A DNA stretch of 64,000 nt. Origin: Candidatus Marinacidobacterales bacterium (GTDB lineage: Bacteria > Acidobacteriota > Vicinamibacteria > Marinacidobacterales > DATDRI01). The position numbers and the translations under genes were made by a program. Position 1 is the first letter of the stretch. The number at the start of each line of letters is the position of its first letter. A model generated the notes under the pieces. It saw only the letters and a list, made by a program, of their open reading frames with translations. It had not been told where the DNA came from and searched no databases. Below, in pieces: positions 31,779 through 43,311 of this stretch. The stretch spans positions 3,456,001 to 3,520,000 of the forward strand of contig CBDCNP010000002.1 in assembly GCA_965219415.1 (NCBI GenBank), read 5' to 3'.

Positions 31779-33028
31779 TGGACCGACGAGACTTCCCCTC
31801 TGAAAGCCCAGTCGTGGTGTTGGGCGGAGGTCCCGCCGGCGCCACGGTATCGGCCCTCCTCGCTGCAGATGGCCACCAAGTTCTTCTCCTTGAACGAGAG
31901 AAGTTTCCTCGCTTCCACATCGGCGAGTCGCTGATGCCAGAGACGTACTGGACCCTTCAGAAGCTCGGCGTTCTCGACAAGCTGGAAGCCAGTCGCTCGC
32001 CGGTCAAGGCCAGCGTCCAGTTCATATCGGATTCGGGCAAAGCGTCCAAGCCCTTCTATTTCTTCGACCGAAAATCCGGCAAGAGCTCCTATACATGGCA
32101 AGTTGAACGCTCCTGGTTCGATCAGATGTTGCTGGACAATGCGGCCGAGAAGGGTGTCGATGTGCGATCGGGCGTGACCGCCAAGGAAATCCTGTTCGAG
32201 GGAGATCAGGTCGTGGGAGTAAAAGCCTCGACCTCAGGCGGCTCGGACGTCACGATCCGCTCCCATGTCTTGGTAGACGCCACCGGTCTCAATTCACTCG
32301 TCTCGAGGAAGCTCGGCCTCAGAAAGAAGGACGCGCGCCTGGCAAAAGCCTCGGTCTTTTCTCACTACCAGAACGGCCTGCGGGACACCGGCATCGACGA
32401 AGGAGCGACCCTGATTATTCATACCGCCGGCAATCGAGGATGGTTCTGGTACATTCCGCTTTCCGAGAACCGGGCTAGCGTCGGCGTGGTTGCGTCGCCG
32501 GACGAGCTTTTTACCAACGGGGATTCCATGGACGTCATCCTCGATAGAGAGATCCGTGCCTGCCCGGCCATCGCCGGTAGATTGGAGAAGGCTCGGCGGC
32601 TCCTCCCCGCCCAAGCGGTCACCGATTACTCCTATCGGGCAACTCGATGCGCGGGAGATGGGTGGGTCCTGGTTGGCGACGCTTTTGGTTTCATCGATCC
32701 TATCTATTCCTCGGGCGTCTTCCTGGCATTGAAGTCGGGCGAGATGGCCGCCGAGAGTATCGGCCAGTGTTTGCGGCGTAGCGACTACTCGCAAGAAATG
32801 CTGGGCTCTTTCGCTACAGCGCTCGAGGCGGGTATCGATGCGCTGCGTAAGCTGGTCTATGCGTTCTACACCCCCGGATTCAGCTTCGCCCGATTCGTGC
32901 AGGAGCACCCCGAGCACCGCGAGCGCCTTATCGATTTACTCGTAGGTGACGTTTTCAAAGAGGGCGTCACCGACATCTTCGAAGATCTCAAAGCATTCTG
33001 CGATCTGCCGAACGATTCCGATGGCTAG
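31775..33028 (+). CDS. Flavin-dependent halogenase-like NAD(P)/FAD oxidoreductase
   Basis: GGGPAG, FPRFHIGESL, GWFWYIP (WxWxIP), GDAFGFIDPIYSSGV; overlaps the radical SAM stop. Confidence 0.85.
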   Translation: MMDRRDFPSESPVVVLGGGPAGATVSALLAADGHQVLLLEREKFPRFHIGESLMPETYWTLQKLGVLDKLEASRSPVKASVQFISDSGKASKPFYFFDRKSGKSSYTWQVERSWFDQMLLDNAAEKGVDVRSGVTAKEILFEGDQVVGVKASTSGGSDVTIRSHVLVDATGLNSLVSRKLGLRKKDARLAKASVFSHYQNGLRDTGIDEGATLIIHTAGNRGWFWYIPLSENRASVGVVASPDELFTNGDSMDVILDREIRACPAIAGRLEKARRLLPAQAVTDYSYRATRCAGDGWVLVGDAFGFIDPIYSSGVFLALKSGEMAAESIGQCLRRSDYSQEMLGSFATALEAGIDALRKLVYAFYTPGFSFARFVQEHPEHRERLIDLLVGDVFKEGVTDIFEDLKAFCDLPNDSDG

Positions 33029-33083
33029 GCCGGATCGGAATATGAACTCTTGTTCCGAATCGCGCTCATCAACTCGCGAGACC

Positions 33084-33476
33084 TGTGCATCGTCAAAACT
33101 GCTCCGCCCACGAAATCAAGGACTTACGCTCCGCTTGAATTCCGGGCCGAAGACGGCGAAACTCCGCCGCTATGCTCAACGTTGTTGTCTTCCTCGTCTC
33201 ACTTGGCGTCCGTGCCATTCGGGCGATGTGTCGGCGCCGCGCCGACCTGGTGTTGGAGAACGTCGCTTTGCGGCAGCAAGTGACGGCGCTGAAGAAAGAG
33301 CGCCCACGCCCACCGCTTGAAGACACGGAACGGGCTTTCTGGGTTGCTCTTCGAGGTTCGTGGCCCGTGTGGGCGAGCCGCCTGCTCATCGTCCACGCGG
33401 ACACCGTAGCCCGTTGGCATCGCGACCGATTCCGACGGTACTGGGCAAATATCTCGCAGCGCCGCCATCCCGGTCG
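33084..33476 (+). mobile_element. IS481-like type C left end and transposase N-terminal fragment
   Basis: TGTGCATCGTCAAAAC end; matches the reverse complement of ~51463-51854. Confidence 0.8.
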
Positions 33477-33556
33477 CGTTTGGTCAAGAAATTCGTCCGT
33501 CACTTCGATCGCGTGGCACGACCCGAATACGGGTTGACACGGCCGTGTTACACGAA

Positions 33557-34018
33557 TTACTCCGGCTCAACAAGGCTACGTGTGATCGCCGACCAATACA
33601 GGAATAGGCCGACGATACTGAGACTGCCGAAAATGAACACCGCTTCAAGGCGCCCAGACAGACCCCAAAACCAGAATGAGTCCTCGGTGCCTTCCAGGTA
33701 TCGGACCAGATTATCGGCAAACGCCGCGAAGAAGAGCATCGAGCTCCAGTAGAGCGGGCCGTGATGCTGACCGAGTGGGTTGACTTCGTCCCGGGAGGGT
33801 CTTTCCCTGGCCTCAGCAAAGGACAGATAGCCAAAGCCCGTGACTATGTAAGCGATATTGAAGCCGACAAAGATCAAGATGGGTAGTGATACTCGCCACC
33901 ACGACCAGTCGCTGAAAACGGCCAGCTTAAGGAGTGCCACGATCAAAGTGAGGGCGCCGAAGACAAAGAACCCGGTGGTCTGAATTTCCTTCTCGCCGGC
34001 CGTGGCTCCAGTTTTCAT
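33557..34018 (-). CDS. Hypothetical ~4-TM membrane protein (IS passenger)
   Basis: MKTGATAG...; hydrophobic segments; ATGA overlap with the transposase stop. Confidence 0.7.
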   Translation of the reverse strand: MKTGATAGEKEIQTTGFFVFGALTLIVALLKLAVFSDWSWWRVSLPILIFVGFNIAYIVTGFGYLSFAEARERPSRDEVNPLGQHHGPLYWSSMLFFAAFADNLVRYLEGTEDSFWFWGLSGRLEAVFIFGSLSIVGLFLYWSAITRSLVEPE

Positions 34019-35082
34019 GCCGCCTCTCGGTGGTAGTATCTCAGCAGCCCACCGAGCCTTTCCCGACAAAGGATTGGCCCTTCGCGGGGGCCGCTGCTTT
34101 CTACAGACGGAAAGAGAATGACGTTTTCCTTGCCTTGATGGTTCCTCTCTCCATGATAATGAGCGAGATAGGAAGCCAGACACCGTCTGAATGCTGGCTC
34201 GCCGAACAAGATCAGCTTCGATAGACATTCTTCCTTCACAGACTTCACCCAGCGCTCCGCGAAGGAGTTCAAATTCGGGCTTCTCGCAGGCAGTTTGACG
34301 GTCTTGATACCCACCTCTTCGAGTGTCCGCTGAAACGACGCGCAGAATTTCGAGTCGCGATCGTGGATCAAGTAGCGGGTCGAGCAAAGAAAGCCGACAT
34401 CCGCCATGGTCACATTCCGGACCACTTGGGTCATCCACCTTTCGTCTGGATAGGGTGTGATATCGGCAATATGAACGCGTCGCGTAGCCAGGTGTATGAA
34501 GAATAAAACGTAGTAGGTGACCAGCCCGGACTTCGTCCACACCTCCGCGGTGAAGAAATCCGTTGCCGCAAGGACGTCCATGTGCGAGCGGATGAACTCG
34601 TTCCACGTCGTTGTCTTTTCTCGCTCCGGCGCGGGCGGTATACTGTGGCGCTTCAGTATGTTGCCGACGGTTTGGTCGCTCGCTCGATACCCGAGGTTCG
34701 CCATGGCCCCGGCAATGCGATCATAGCCCCACGATCGGTTCTCTCTCGCGAAGCGAATAATCAGCTGTTCGATCTTTTCGTCGATTCGTGGTCGCCCCGG
34801 ATACGTCCGGTTCTTGGAACCGTCGAACTTCCTGGCGATGAGCTTGCGGTGCCACCCGAGAATCGTATCGGGCCTGACGATACTCGCTACCTCTTCGAGC
34901 GCGCGCTTGCCGAGCTGTTTTCCGATCTCCGCCAAGGTTCTCCGCTCACCATCGGTCAGGCGCAAACGGCCTTGCAGCTGATCTCGAAGAATACGATTCT
35001 CGGTAACGAGGTACTCGTTGCGCAGGAGCAGTTCTCGGTCGACCGATCCCGTGATGTACGCCAGCATTGTCTTCCAGTCCAT
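34015..35082 (-). CDS. rve/integrase-core DDE transposase
   Basis: Paralog of 15976-17043. Confidence 0.9.
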   Translation of the reverse strand: MDWKTMLAYITGSVDRELLLRNEYLVTENRILRDQLQGRLRLTDGERRTLAEIGKQLGKRALEEVASIVRPDTILGWHRKLIARKFDGSKNRTYPGRPRIDEKIEQLIIRFARENRSWGYDRIAGAMANLGYRASDQTVGNILKRHSIPPAPEREKTTTWNEFIRSHMDVLAATDFFTAEVWTKSGLVTYYVLFFIHLATRRVHIADITPYPDERWMTQVVRNVTMADVGFLCSTRYLIHDRDSKFCASFQRTLEEVGIKTVKLPARSPNLNSFAERWVKSVKEECLSKLILFGEPAFRRCLASYLAHYHGERNHQGKENVILFPSVESSGPREGPILCRERLGGLLRYYHREAA

Positions 35083-35207
35083 TGTGTCTCCCCGGAGAAC
35101 TAGAGTAAGTACCTGACCACGACCTGTGATTCAACCGGTCTAACAGACCGAGGCCAAGCCCTCTCAAACTGGCCTACGGGAGCGCGTTTGAGTTTATTGA
35201 CCAGACG

Positions 35208-35542
35208 GCCAACGGGCCACGGTGTCCGCGTGGACGATGAGCAGGCGGCTCGCCCACACGGGCCACGAACCTCGAAGAGCAACCCAGAAAGCCCGTTCCG
35301 TGTCGTCGAGCGGTGGGCGTGGGCGCTCTTTCTTCAGCGCCGTCACTTGCTGCCGCAAAGCGACGTTCTCCAACACCAGATCGGCGCGGCGCCGACACAT
35401 CGCCCGAATGGCACGGACGCCAAGTGAGACGAGGAAGACAACAACGTCGAGCATAGCGGCGGAGTTTCGCCGTCTTCGGCCCGGAATTCAAGCGGAGCGT
35501 AAGTCCTTGATTTCGTGGGCGGAGCAGTTTTGACGATGCACA
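35208..35542 (-). mobile_element. IS481-like type C left-end fragment
   Basis: Inverted copy of 33084-33420. Confidence 0.8.
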
Positions 35543-35584
35543 ACATACATAATCCTTGAAGATGGCTCCCTTTGGCAGATCGAC

Positions 35585-35880
35585 CCCGTCCTGTGCCAAA
35601 ACTCGGCCCAGCCGGCATCGACGAAAGAACTGCGTCTATCGAAATCAGGCAAAACTCTAGCACGCGAACAGGTTACGCGGCGGCCGCCAACACTTGACTG
35701 CGGAAGCACCGACCGGAGACTAATCAAGTTCGGTGCGCGCGGATGAATAAATAGAAGGCACAGGTGACCTGTCCCCCGAAAACTGGTTCAAATCTGAGTT
35801 AGAATCGGAACCGAGATAATGACCGTGAAGAGGAGCGGTCATGAAACGAACCCGTTTCACGGAGGAGCAGATCTCGCACC
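35585..35880. mobile_element. Stacked ends: A, IS1 left end, B, and IS3-family left end with MKRTRFTEEQI
   Basis: Direct matches to the ends described elsewhere. Confidence 0.65.
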
Positions 35881-36369
35881 GTGAGCTTGATAGCGGCCGT
35901 ACTCGTTGCTTTTGGTTTAGGTTTTGACGCCCCGGCGGAGTGGGTGTCGAAGCCGTCGTCTTCTTCGATGCGCGTCGCCGTTTGGGAGCTCACCGGCGAC
36001 GACGCTCCTGCCGAAGTCGTGATCTTTTATTTCGGTGAGGGGTCTGGAGGCGGTGTCGAAGCCAACCTCGCGCGTTGGTTCGGCCAGTTCGAGCAACCGG
36101 ACGGCTCGAGCACGCGCGACAGAGCGACCATCACCGAGCGCACCGTGAACGGACTCAAGCTCACTGTCGCAGACATGCGCGGGACGTTCGTTGCTTCGGT
36201 AAGGCCGGGAGCGCCGCAGCGCAACAACCGTCCTGGATACCGGATGATCGCTGCCATTGCTGAAGGAGGCGCGGGCCCGTGGTACATCCGCGTGCTCGGC
36301 CCCGAAGCGACGGTGGCGAAATGGGAAGCGAGCGTCGAGGATTTTCTCTCGTCGCTCCGCCTCGAATAG
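35881..36369 (+). CDS. Conserved hypothetical, probably exported protein
   Basis: PAEWV..SSSMR, GGGVEANLARWFGQF pattern. Confidence 0.65.
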   Translation: MSLIAAVLVAFGLGFDAPAEWVSKPSSSSMRVAVWELTGDDAPAEVVIFYFGEGSGGGVEANLARWFGQFEQPDGSSTRDRATITERTVNGLKLTVADMRGTFVASVRPGAPQRNNRPGYRMIAAIAEGGAGPWYIRVLGPEATVAKWEASVEDFLSSLRLE

Positions 36370-36452
36370 ACGTTAAGGCGACTGGAATTTGAACCGAACG
36401 ACAACTGATGCGTTCAACGACAACGCAGCCAGGCTGAGTGTGCCACGAACAT

Positions 36453-36758
36453 ATGACCGCTAACAGTGAGAACTTGAAGCGCGCCATTCGCGGCAGCCAC
36501 GCCTATCTTAACGCCAGCCCTCGAGTCGGCATAGACTACATCAGGCAGGTCATTAGACCTGCCCTTCGTGATGCCATGAAGGAAGTCAAAGGCACTCTCT
36601 TGTCGCAGCACAATGTCGACCCCAAGGATACTAACGATGTCGTTCACTACACGAGTCTTCAGGCGCTGTTCGCCATGTTGCTCGGCAGAGCTGAGCCGAG
36701 CGGTCTTTCTGACAGATGCGGAAGTTTAAATCTCTGGGACAAGCGCAACGATTCTTGA
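36453..36758 (+). pseudogene. Truncated N-terminus of a DUF2971-like protein
   Basis: VVHYTSLQAL motif followed by early stop. Confidence 0.35.
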
Positions 36759-36947
36759 CCGTGCATGGACTCGTTCAAAACCGCTTTCGCGTCGGACGGC
36801 ATTTGTTGCAAGCCCGTCATCATCGGGAGCTAAGAGGCCGCGCTTTCATTGCTTGGCGCGAGGTAACGTGTGCCTGACGAAATCGCGAAGCGCAACAGTC
36901 AACAGGGACCAGTCTGGCTACAATGACACCAACTTGACAGTACCGTT

Positions 36948-38645
36948 ATGAACGTTGATTTGATACTGGATATGGGTTTTCACGTAGTCGGCGGCCTGGG
37001 CATTTTCTTGCTCGGCATGAAGTTCATGCAGCAGGGCCTTCAAGTCATCGCCGGCTCCCGAATCAGACGCTTGATCAGACTGGTCACGTCCAACCGATTC
37101 CTGGCGGTGGGCATCGGGCTTTTCATCACGACCCTCGTTCAATCGAGCTCCGTCACCTCGGTCATGGTGATCGGTCTCGTCAATAGTGAATTGATGGTGC
37201 TCACCGAAGCCATCGGCGTCATCATCGGCGCCAATATCGGCACGACCATCACCGGATGGATATTGGCGCTTAAGATCGGGCAATACGGCCTTCCGCTGCT
37301 CGGACTGGCTGCCTTCGGGTGGCTTTTCCTCAAGGCCGAAAAGCCGCGTTACTCGGCGCTTTCGATACTCGGGATCGGGATGGTCTTTTTTGGTCTCGAA
37401 CTCATGAAGGACGGTTTCGCGCCCGTTCGAGACCTTCCCGATTTCGCCGCCTTGTTCCATCTGTTCGAGGCGGTCGACTACTTCGGTGTCCTGAAATCTG
37501 CCCTCGTGGGCTGCGTCGTGACGCTCATCGTTCAGTCTTCATCCGCCACTTTGGGGATAACGATAGCCCTCGCCAATACGGGCGTGATCGATTTTCAAAC
37601 TGCCGGGGCCTTGGTGCTGGGCGAAAATATCGGCACGACGATTACGGCCTATTTGGCGTCGCTCGGGGCGGACGACATCAACGCGAAACGTACCGCCTAT
37701 TTCCACGTTCTCTTCAACGTTTCAGGCGTAGCCGTGAGCACGGCCCTGTTTCTTCCTGTATACCTGCCTTTCATCCAGAACGTTATCCTGGGCGGTGTGG
37801 ATCCGAATATCCAGGACGTGGAGGGAAGCTTTCCTTACATGACGGCGGGGATCGCCACGGTACACACCACGTTCAATGTGCTCGCCACGCTCCTGTTCCT
37901 TCCTTTCGTGACGCCCATCGCGAGCGTGCTAAAGAGACTCGTCAAAGACAAGCCCAAACCTCCAAGAGCGAATTTGACCCATCTGAATTCCAATCTGGTC
38001 AGCTCGCCGTTGACCGCGATCGAGCAATCGCGCCATGAGATTCAGCGGACGGATCAACATGTGAGGGACATGCTGAACGATTTGCGTCAAGTGATTTCTG
38101 ACGATAGCAGCGACCGAAGCCTGGCCGACAAGATATTCGAGGAAGAGAATACGATTGACGTCGTTCAGATCGAGGTCACGACCTTTTTGACCGACCTGCT
38201 TTCTGAAGAGCTGAGCCATGACATTGCCGAGAGGGCGCGGGCTCAATTGAGGTTGGCGGACGAGTTTGAATCGGTGAGCGACTACGTTTCGAACGTCCTC
38301 AAACTCTATCTGCGATTGCGAGAGGCCGACGTGCGGTTCACGGGCCCACAGCAAGACGAGCTACTGGGGTTACATGACCTGATTGCCGGCTATTACGACG
38401 GCGTCCATGTGGGTCTCGAGAATCCATCCGCTGACTACTTGTCCGAGATTCGTCGAAGAAGCCGCGACATCACCAATGAAATAAGAGAGCTCAGAGATCG
38501 TCACTGGAATCGATTGTCCGAGGAAACGGTGGATCCATTGATCAGCACCTCCTATATGGATATCGCGAATTCTTATCGCAGAATAAAGGATCACCTCCTG
38601 AACATCGGTGAAGCCGCCGTCGGCGGCAAAACCGTCAGGCGATGA
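36948..38645 (+). CDS. Na/Pi cotransporter (NptA-like) with PhoU domains
   Basis: Two QSSS motifs, GANIGTT/GENIGTT, C-terminal PhoU-like helices. Confidence 0.92.
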   Translation: MNVDLILDMGFHVVGGLGIFLLGMKFMQQGLQVIAGSRIRRLIRLVTSNRFLAVGIGLFITTLVQSSSVTSVMVIGLVNSELMVLTEAIGVIIGANIGTTITGWILALKIGQYGLPLLGLAAFGWLFLKAEKPRYSALSILGIGMVFFGLELMKDGFAPVRDLPDFAALFHLFEAVDYFGVLKSALVGCVVTLIVQSSSATLGITIALANTGVIDFQTAGALVLGENIGTTITAYLASLGADDINAKRTAYFHVLFNVSGVAVSTALFLPVYLPFIQNVILGGVDPNIQDVEGSFPYMTAGIATVHTTFNVLATLLFLPFVTPIASVLKRLVKDKPKPPRANLTHLNSNLVSSPLTAIEQSRHEIQRTDQHVRDMLNDLRQVISDDSSDRSLADKIFEEENTIDVVQIEVTTFLTDLLSEELSHDIAERARAQLRLADEFESVSDYVSNVLKLYLRLREADVRFTGPQQDELLGLHDLIAGYYDGVHVGLENPSADYLSEIRRRSRDITNEIRELRDRHWNRLSEETVDPLISTSYMDIANSYRRIKDHLLNIGEAAVGGKTVRR

Positions 38646-38765
38646 AGGTCTAGTGGCTGTCCCTTCCATTTAATCGATCCGAATGGATTTAGAGCCCGAC
38701 CTCGGTAGGGTCTAGGGCTGGCGCGGTGCAAGGATGCGAATCGATGGCTGAAAGCGGCACACCAT

Positions 38766-39300
38766 CCCGTCCTGTGCCAAAACTCGGCCCTTTTGAAATA
38801 GACCATAAATCAGCAGCTTAGCGACTGGGCCAAGGGCCCTGTGCCTTCTATTTATTCATCCGCGCGCATCGAACTGGATTAGTCTCCCGTCCTGTGCCAA
38901 AACTCGGCCCTTTAGAAATAGACCACAAATCAGCAGCTTGCAGTTTGGAGTAGAACCAGTTCCCGAGTTCCCGCCAATTGGGGAAGTAGAAAAGTGGTCG
39001 CGGCCGGAGATTCGCCCCGAGGTAATCCTTCGGTTGCGATCAATTGGAGATGTCGGTACGTGAAAAGCCTGTGCCTTCTATTTATTCATCCGCGCGCCCC
39101 GACCTTGATTAGTCCCCGGTCTGCCGGCACCATGCCTGCATGATTTCGTCGCTGGTTCCCGCTCTCATCTCTGCCTTCAAGGTCGGTGGCCTGGCGGCGA
39201 CAGCGTGCAGGATTTCCACCGCGTCGAAGACGAGTTCGCAGGATGTCACTCTCATAGCTGTCTGCCCATCGATACGCGATCTTCTTTTTGCGGATCACAG
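38766..39300. mobile_element. Stacked IS-end fragments (A, B, A, B, D)
   Basis: A at 38766 and 38886; B at 38840 and 39070; D (TGTGATCCGCAAAAAG) on minus strand ending ~39299. Confidence 0.7.
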
Positions 39301-39528
39301 GGGCCGGATCGATCCGTCTCAAGATCGGGCCACCCGGGCATCGAGGCATGAGCTAGCGACCACCGCAAAGGATGAGCCGTCGTGCCTTGGCAAGGTTCTA
39401 CCGGGGCGATCTGTGAATCGACTTCCCCATAGGCGTTCACATTCCGTACAGGGATGACGAGCCGACGGTACGAGCCTGGCCCGAGATCAGGTCTGTCCGT
39501 CGATGACCTTCGGACTGAGCACTAAGCG

Positions 39529-40179
39529 TCAGCGGTCTCCGGACTTGTCAACGCCGATCTTGCCTTCGGCATCCCGCAGCATACCGTAGATGTAGCCGTG
39601 TCCAAGACCCGCGCGCCATGCGATCTGCGCAATCGGAGCACCATGGCCCCGAAGCGCGACTACAACTGAGCACGCGTCCCAGTACCGATCCATCACAGCG
39701 TTGACACCGGACGCAGCAAGATTCCCCGCCTCCTCTTCGTGCGCGGCCCCATTCATGTGCTCGACCCCGATAGCCGCGCGAGATAGTCGCTCCAAGTGAT
39801 CCGGATTGAAGCGGGCATCGCGCCGCGCTCCCGCGTACTCACCGCCCAACGACTCGTTGTAGCCGTGAGGCGTCATGGTCCGGCGCGCTATGATCTCGCG
39901 GCGTTCGACTGCGCAGGCGGTGTACAGGTCGAGGCCGGAATGTAAGACTTCAACCACAGGATTACCGAACTGCGCAAACGGCAGTCGCCGTGCCTTTCGG
40001 TGCTCGTTGACTCGGCGGTCAACGTCCTGCGATAGGCCAATGTATTGCAACCCGCCATGCCGGCTCCAGCACAGCAGGTAGACTACAAACTCGCTGCCCA
40101 AGGCCGTCATAGAGCGTGGTGCAACCGCAAGGTAGCCAGCGACATACGGAAGCCCGCGAGCGCAAACGACATCCTCCAC
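39529..40179 (-). CDS. GIY-YIG nuclease domain protein (alternative start 40110)
   Basis: VVYLL...QYIGLS...RRVNEH...E...GYN. Confidence 0.7.
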   Translation of the reverse strand: MEDVVCARGLPYVAGYLAVAPRSMTALGSEFVVYLLCWSRHGGLQYIGLSQDVDRRVNEHRKARRLPFAQFGNPVVEVLHSGLDLYTACAVERREIIARRTMTPHGYNESLGGEYAGARRDARFNPDHLERLSRAAIGVEHMNGAAHEEEAGNLAASGVNAVMDRYWDACSVVVALRGHGAPIAQIAWRAGLGHGYIYGMLRDAEGKIGVDKSGDR

Positions 40180-40239
40180 TCGGGAATGGGGATGAAGTAC
40201 CCAGTCTCCTGGCTATGCAGTAGCAGAAGCAGTTCTTCG

Positions 40240-40405
40240 GGTGCTTCCGCCATTAAGTGTTGGTGAGATGATGCTAAGACGTTACGGTGCATTTAACTAC
40301 AGCCAAAATAGCGCTCGTGACCTTCGCTGCGCATTAAATGGAGCGTAAACGCCTCTTTTGCAACGGGATGCGTGCACATCACCAACAGTAAACAGCGCAA
40401 GCACC
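40240..40405. mobile_element. 166-bp IS1-type MITE
   Basis: Same family. Confidence 0.85.
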
Positions 40406-43311
40406 CATCAGCGGGACAGCAGGGGCCCAACCTCTTCGTCAATGACCTGGTTCAACCGGGTCCGCTGGACCTCGAAGCGTTGCGAAAGATCATCGAATAC
40501 CGCGTACATCGATTCCGTGGGCTTGGTATCGGCCGCGCCGACGGCCCTTGAGAGCGAGCTTAGCTTTTCGGTCAACCCCGGAGGGCTCCACATCATAGGG
40601 TGGGCCTCGGACCCCATCCATATGGTTAGAATGCCCTCGATCTGCCTGAACTGCTCTAGGATCCCGTCGGCCTTGACCCTGGAATCCTCTGGCAGCTCAG
40701 CCCGAAGCCCGTCAAGCTGGGCTCGGACTTCTCTGATTCTGAGCACGGCGTCGGCCACTTCCGAAAACCGATCCCGGATGTCAACCATGAGGTCGAACTG
40801 AGCCTTGAGATCGGCATCGCTGGCTTTTACTCTCGGATCTTTCCGGATCTCGAAAGGCTGCTCGTAAGCCTGTCCGTCCACGGAGAGTCGGACGAAGTAT
40901 CGTCCGGGAGGCGCAATCGGCGATGCGGGCGGTGAGTAATCGACGCTCATAAAACCGTTCAATGCTCCAGGGGACGGGGGCATCTGGGTACCCGGATATC
41001 GCATGTCCCAGAGGAATCGGTTCATTCCTGCCCTGGTGGAGGGGCTACCGCGTTCCTTCGACCTGCTGGGGAATTGCTCGATGATCTCGCCGCCCGCATC
41101 CGTGATGGTGAACATCACATCACCGGCGGGTTCTTGGGCCAGGTAATATTCGATCATCACCCCGCGCGGCGGGTTCCTCCCGACGTCCGAGGTCTTCATC
41201 TCCGTCCATCCTCTCCCTCCCCGAAGTTGACGGAGAGCGGGAACTACTTCAAACAGATACACCGGGGCCGATGCGACTTCTGGGGTGATGGCGCGCAGGG
41301 ACGAGATGTTATCCATAATCCAGAAGCCCCGCCCATGAGTTGCCACCACTAGGTCATCGTCCTTCACGAGCATCTGCATGACCATCGCCGGCGGCAGGTT
41401 GCGTTGTAGGGACTGCCAGGAGTTCCCGGCATCGAAGGAAACGTACGCGCCAGTTTCTGTTCCCGCGTAGAGGAGACCCGGGCGGACCGGATCCTCGCGG
41501 ATGACCCACGAGTAGTCATTTTCCCGAATCCCTTTGGTGATTCGCTTCCAGGTGTTGCCGTAGTCGGTGGTCTTATAGAGATACGGTGTGCGATCGCTTA
41601 CCCTGTGCCGTCCACCGGAGATATAAACCGTCCCCCGCTGGTGGGGAGATACGTCTATGGCGGTGATGGTGGTCCATTCGGGGAGATCCGGCGGCGAGAC
41701 GTCCAGCCAACTGCCGCCACCATCTCGCGATAGCTGAACGGTACTGTCGTCGGTGCCCACCCAGAGCTCACCCTCTTTGAGGGGAGACTCGGCAATGGTC
41801 CGGATGAGACTCACGTGAAAAAGCGAGGACGCATTGGAACTAATGGGCCCTCCGGATATTTCACCCATCACGTCCTGGCGGTTCCGCGTGAGGTCGGAAC
41901 TAATCTGGTCCCAAGATTGGCCTTCGTCCGTGGACCGGAAGACGTACTGGGCGGCGGTGTAGAGCACGCCAGGATTGTGCGCCGAGAGGAGTACCGGGAA
42001 CGAGTAGTAGAAACGGTACTTGATGTCTTTGGCCGGCGTTCCGAACACCCATTCGGGCCAAACGCTGATGTGCGAAGCCTGCCCGGTTTGCCGGTCGAAA
42101 CGGACCGTCCTGGACCGATCATTTGCATAGACCACGCTGCCGTCGGGCTTCACCGCCGTCTGTCCGCCCTCGCCGGCTGGAATGGGAAGGTAGTGCATCC
42201 ATCCGATGGACCGATCGTCGGTCCGACTTGGAATCGCAATATGGCTATTGTCATTCTGAGCGCCGTAGATCCAGTAGGGCTCCTGGTCGTCCACCGCTAG
42301 ACTGAGTAGGTCGGCCGTAGGCTGGTTCTCCAGGCTCGACCAGGACTCACCTCCGTTCAACGTCACCGAGGCCCCTCCGTCCCCTCCTTCGATCATCCGG
42401 CGAGAGTCGTTTGGATCGATCCATAGCGCATGAGGGTCCCAGTTCTCCATTCTTACAGGTTTGAAGGTCCGGCCCGCGTCCGTGGACTTCAGCAGACCGG
42501 TGATGGGCTGGATATAGACGACGTCGGGATCCTTGGAGTCGGCGGTGATGTGGTTGTAGGAGTTAGGGATCTCCATCTTGCCAGGGTCTTGATGGATCAT
42601 CTGCCAGATGGACCCGCCGTCGTCGGAACGGTAGATCCCGCCTTCGTCCGCGGCAGCCTCGATGAACGCATACACCCGGCTGGAGCGCGCCGGTGAGATG
42701 GCGATGCAGATTTTCCCGACGAGGCCTTTTGGCATGCCGGGGTTGCGGGTGATGTCCGTCCAGGTGTCTCCGCCATCCGTGGTCTTGAAGAGGCCGGTGG
42801 TGGGTCCGCCGCTTTCCTCGTCCCACGGGTACGTCACATGGTGGTTCAGGGCCGCGATGATCACCTGTGGGTTTGTAGAATCAATCGTTAGATCTACGGC
42901 GCCGGAAGTCTCGCCTCTATACAGGATCTGCTCCCACGTCTGTCCTCCATCCGTGGTTCGATAGATGCCGCGATCCGGGTTGGGGCCGAACATGTCCCCC
43001 ATTGCCGCCACGTACACGATATCGGGATTAGTTGGATGAATGCGGAGCCTGGCGATGTGCCGGGTCTCTTGAAGGCCCACGTTGGTCCACGTCTCTCCAC
43101 CGTCGGTGGATTTGTATACCCCGTCTCCGGGCGAGATGAATTGCCGTTGAAGCCCCTCGCCCGTCCCCGCGAAGATCACCTTGGGATCCGATAGCGATAC
43201 GTCCAGGCCACCCACCGCAGGGAATCTGAAAAAGCCGTCCGACACGTTCCGCCAATGGCTCCCGGCGTCGGTGGTCTTCCACACTCCGCCGTGGGCGGCC
43301 CCGAAATAGAA

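Larger units (their letters stand above)
33477..35207 (-). mobile_element. IS481-like element carrying a passenger gene
   Basis: IRs CGTTTGGTCAAGAAATTC / CGTCTGGTCAATAAACTC enclose the transposase and a membrane ORF. Confidence 0.7.

Noticed and set aside
33557-34606. 349-aa ORF as annotated in the ORF track
   Set aside because: The upstream part is an alternate frame of the transposase; the real gene likely starts at 34018
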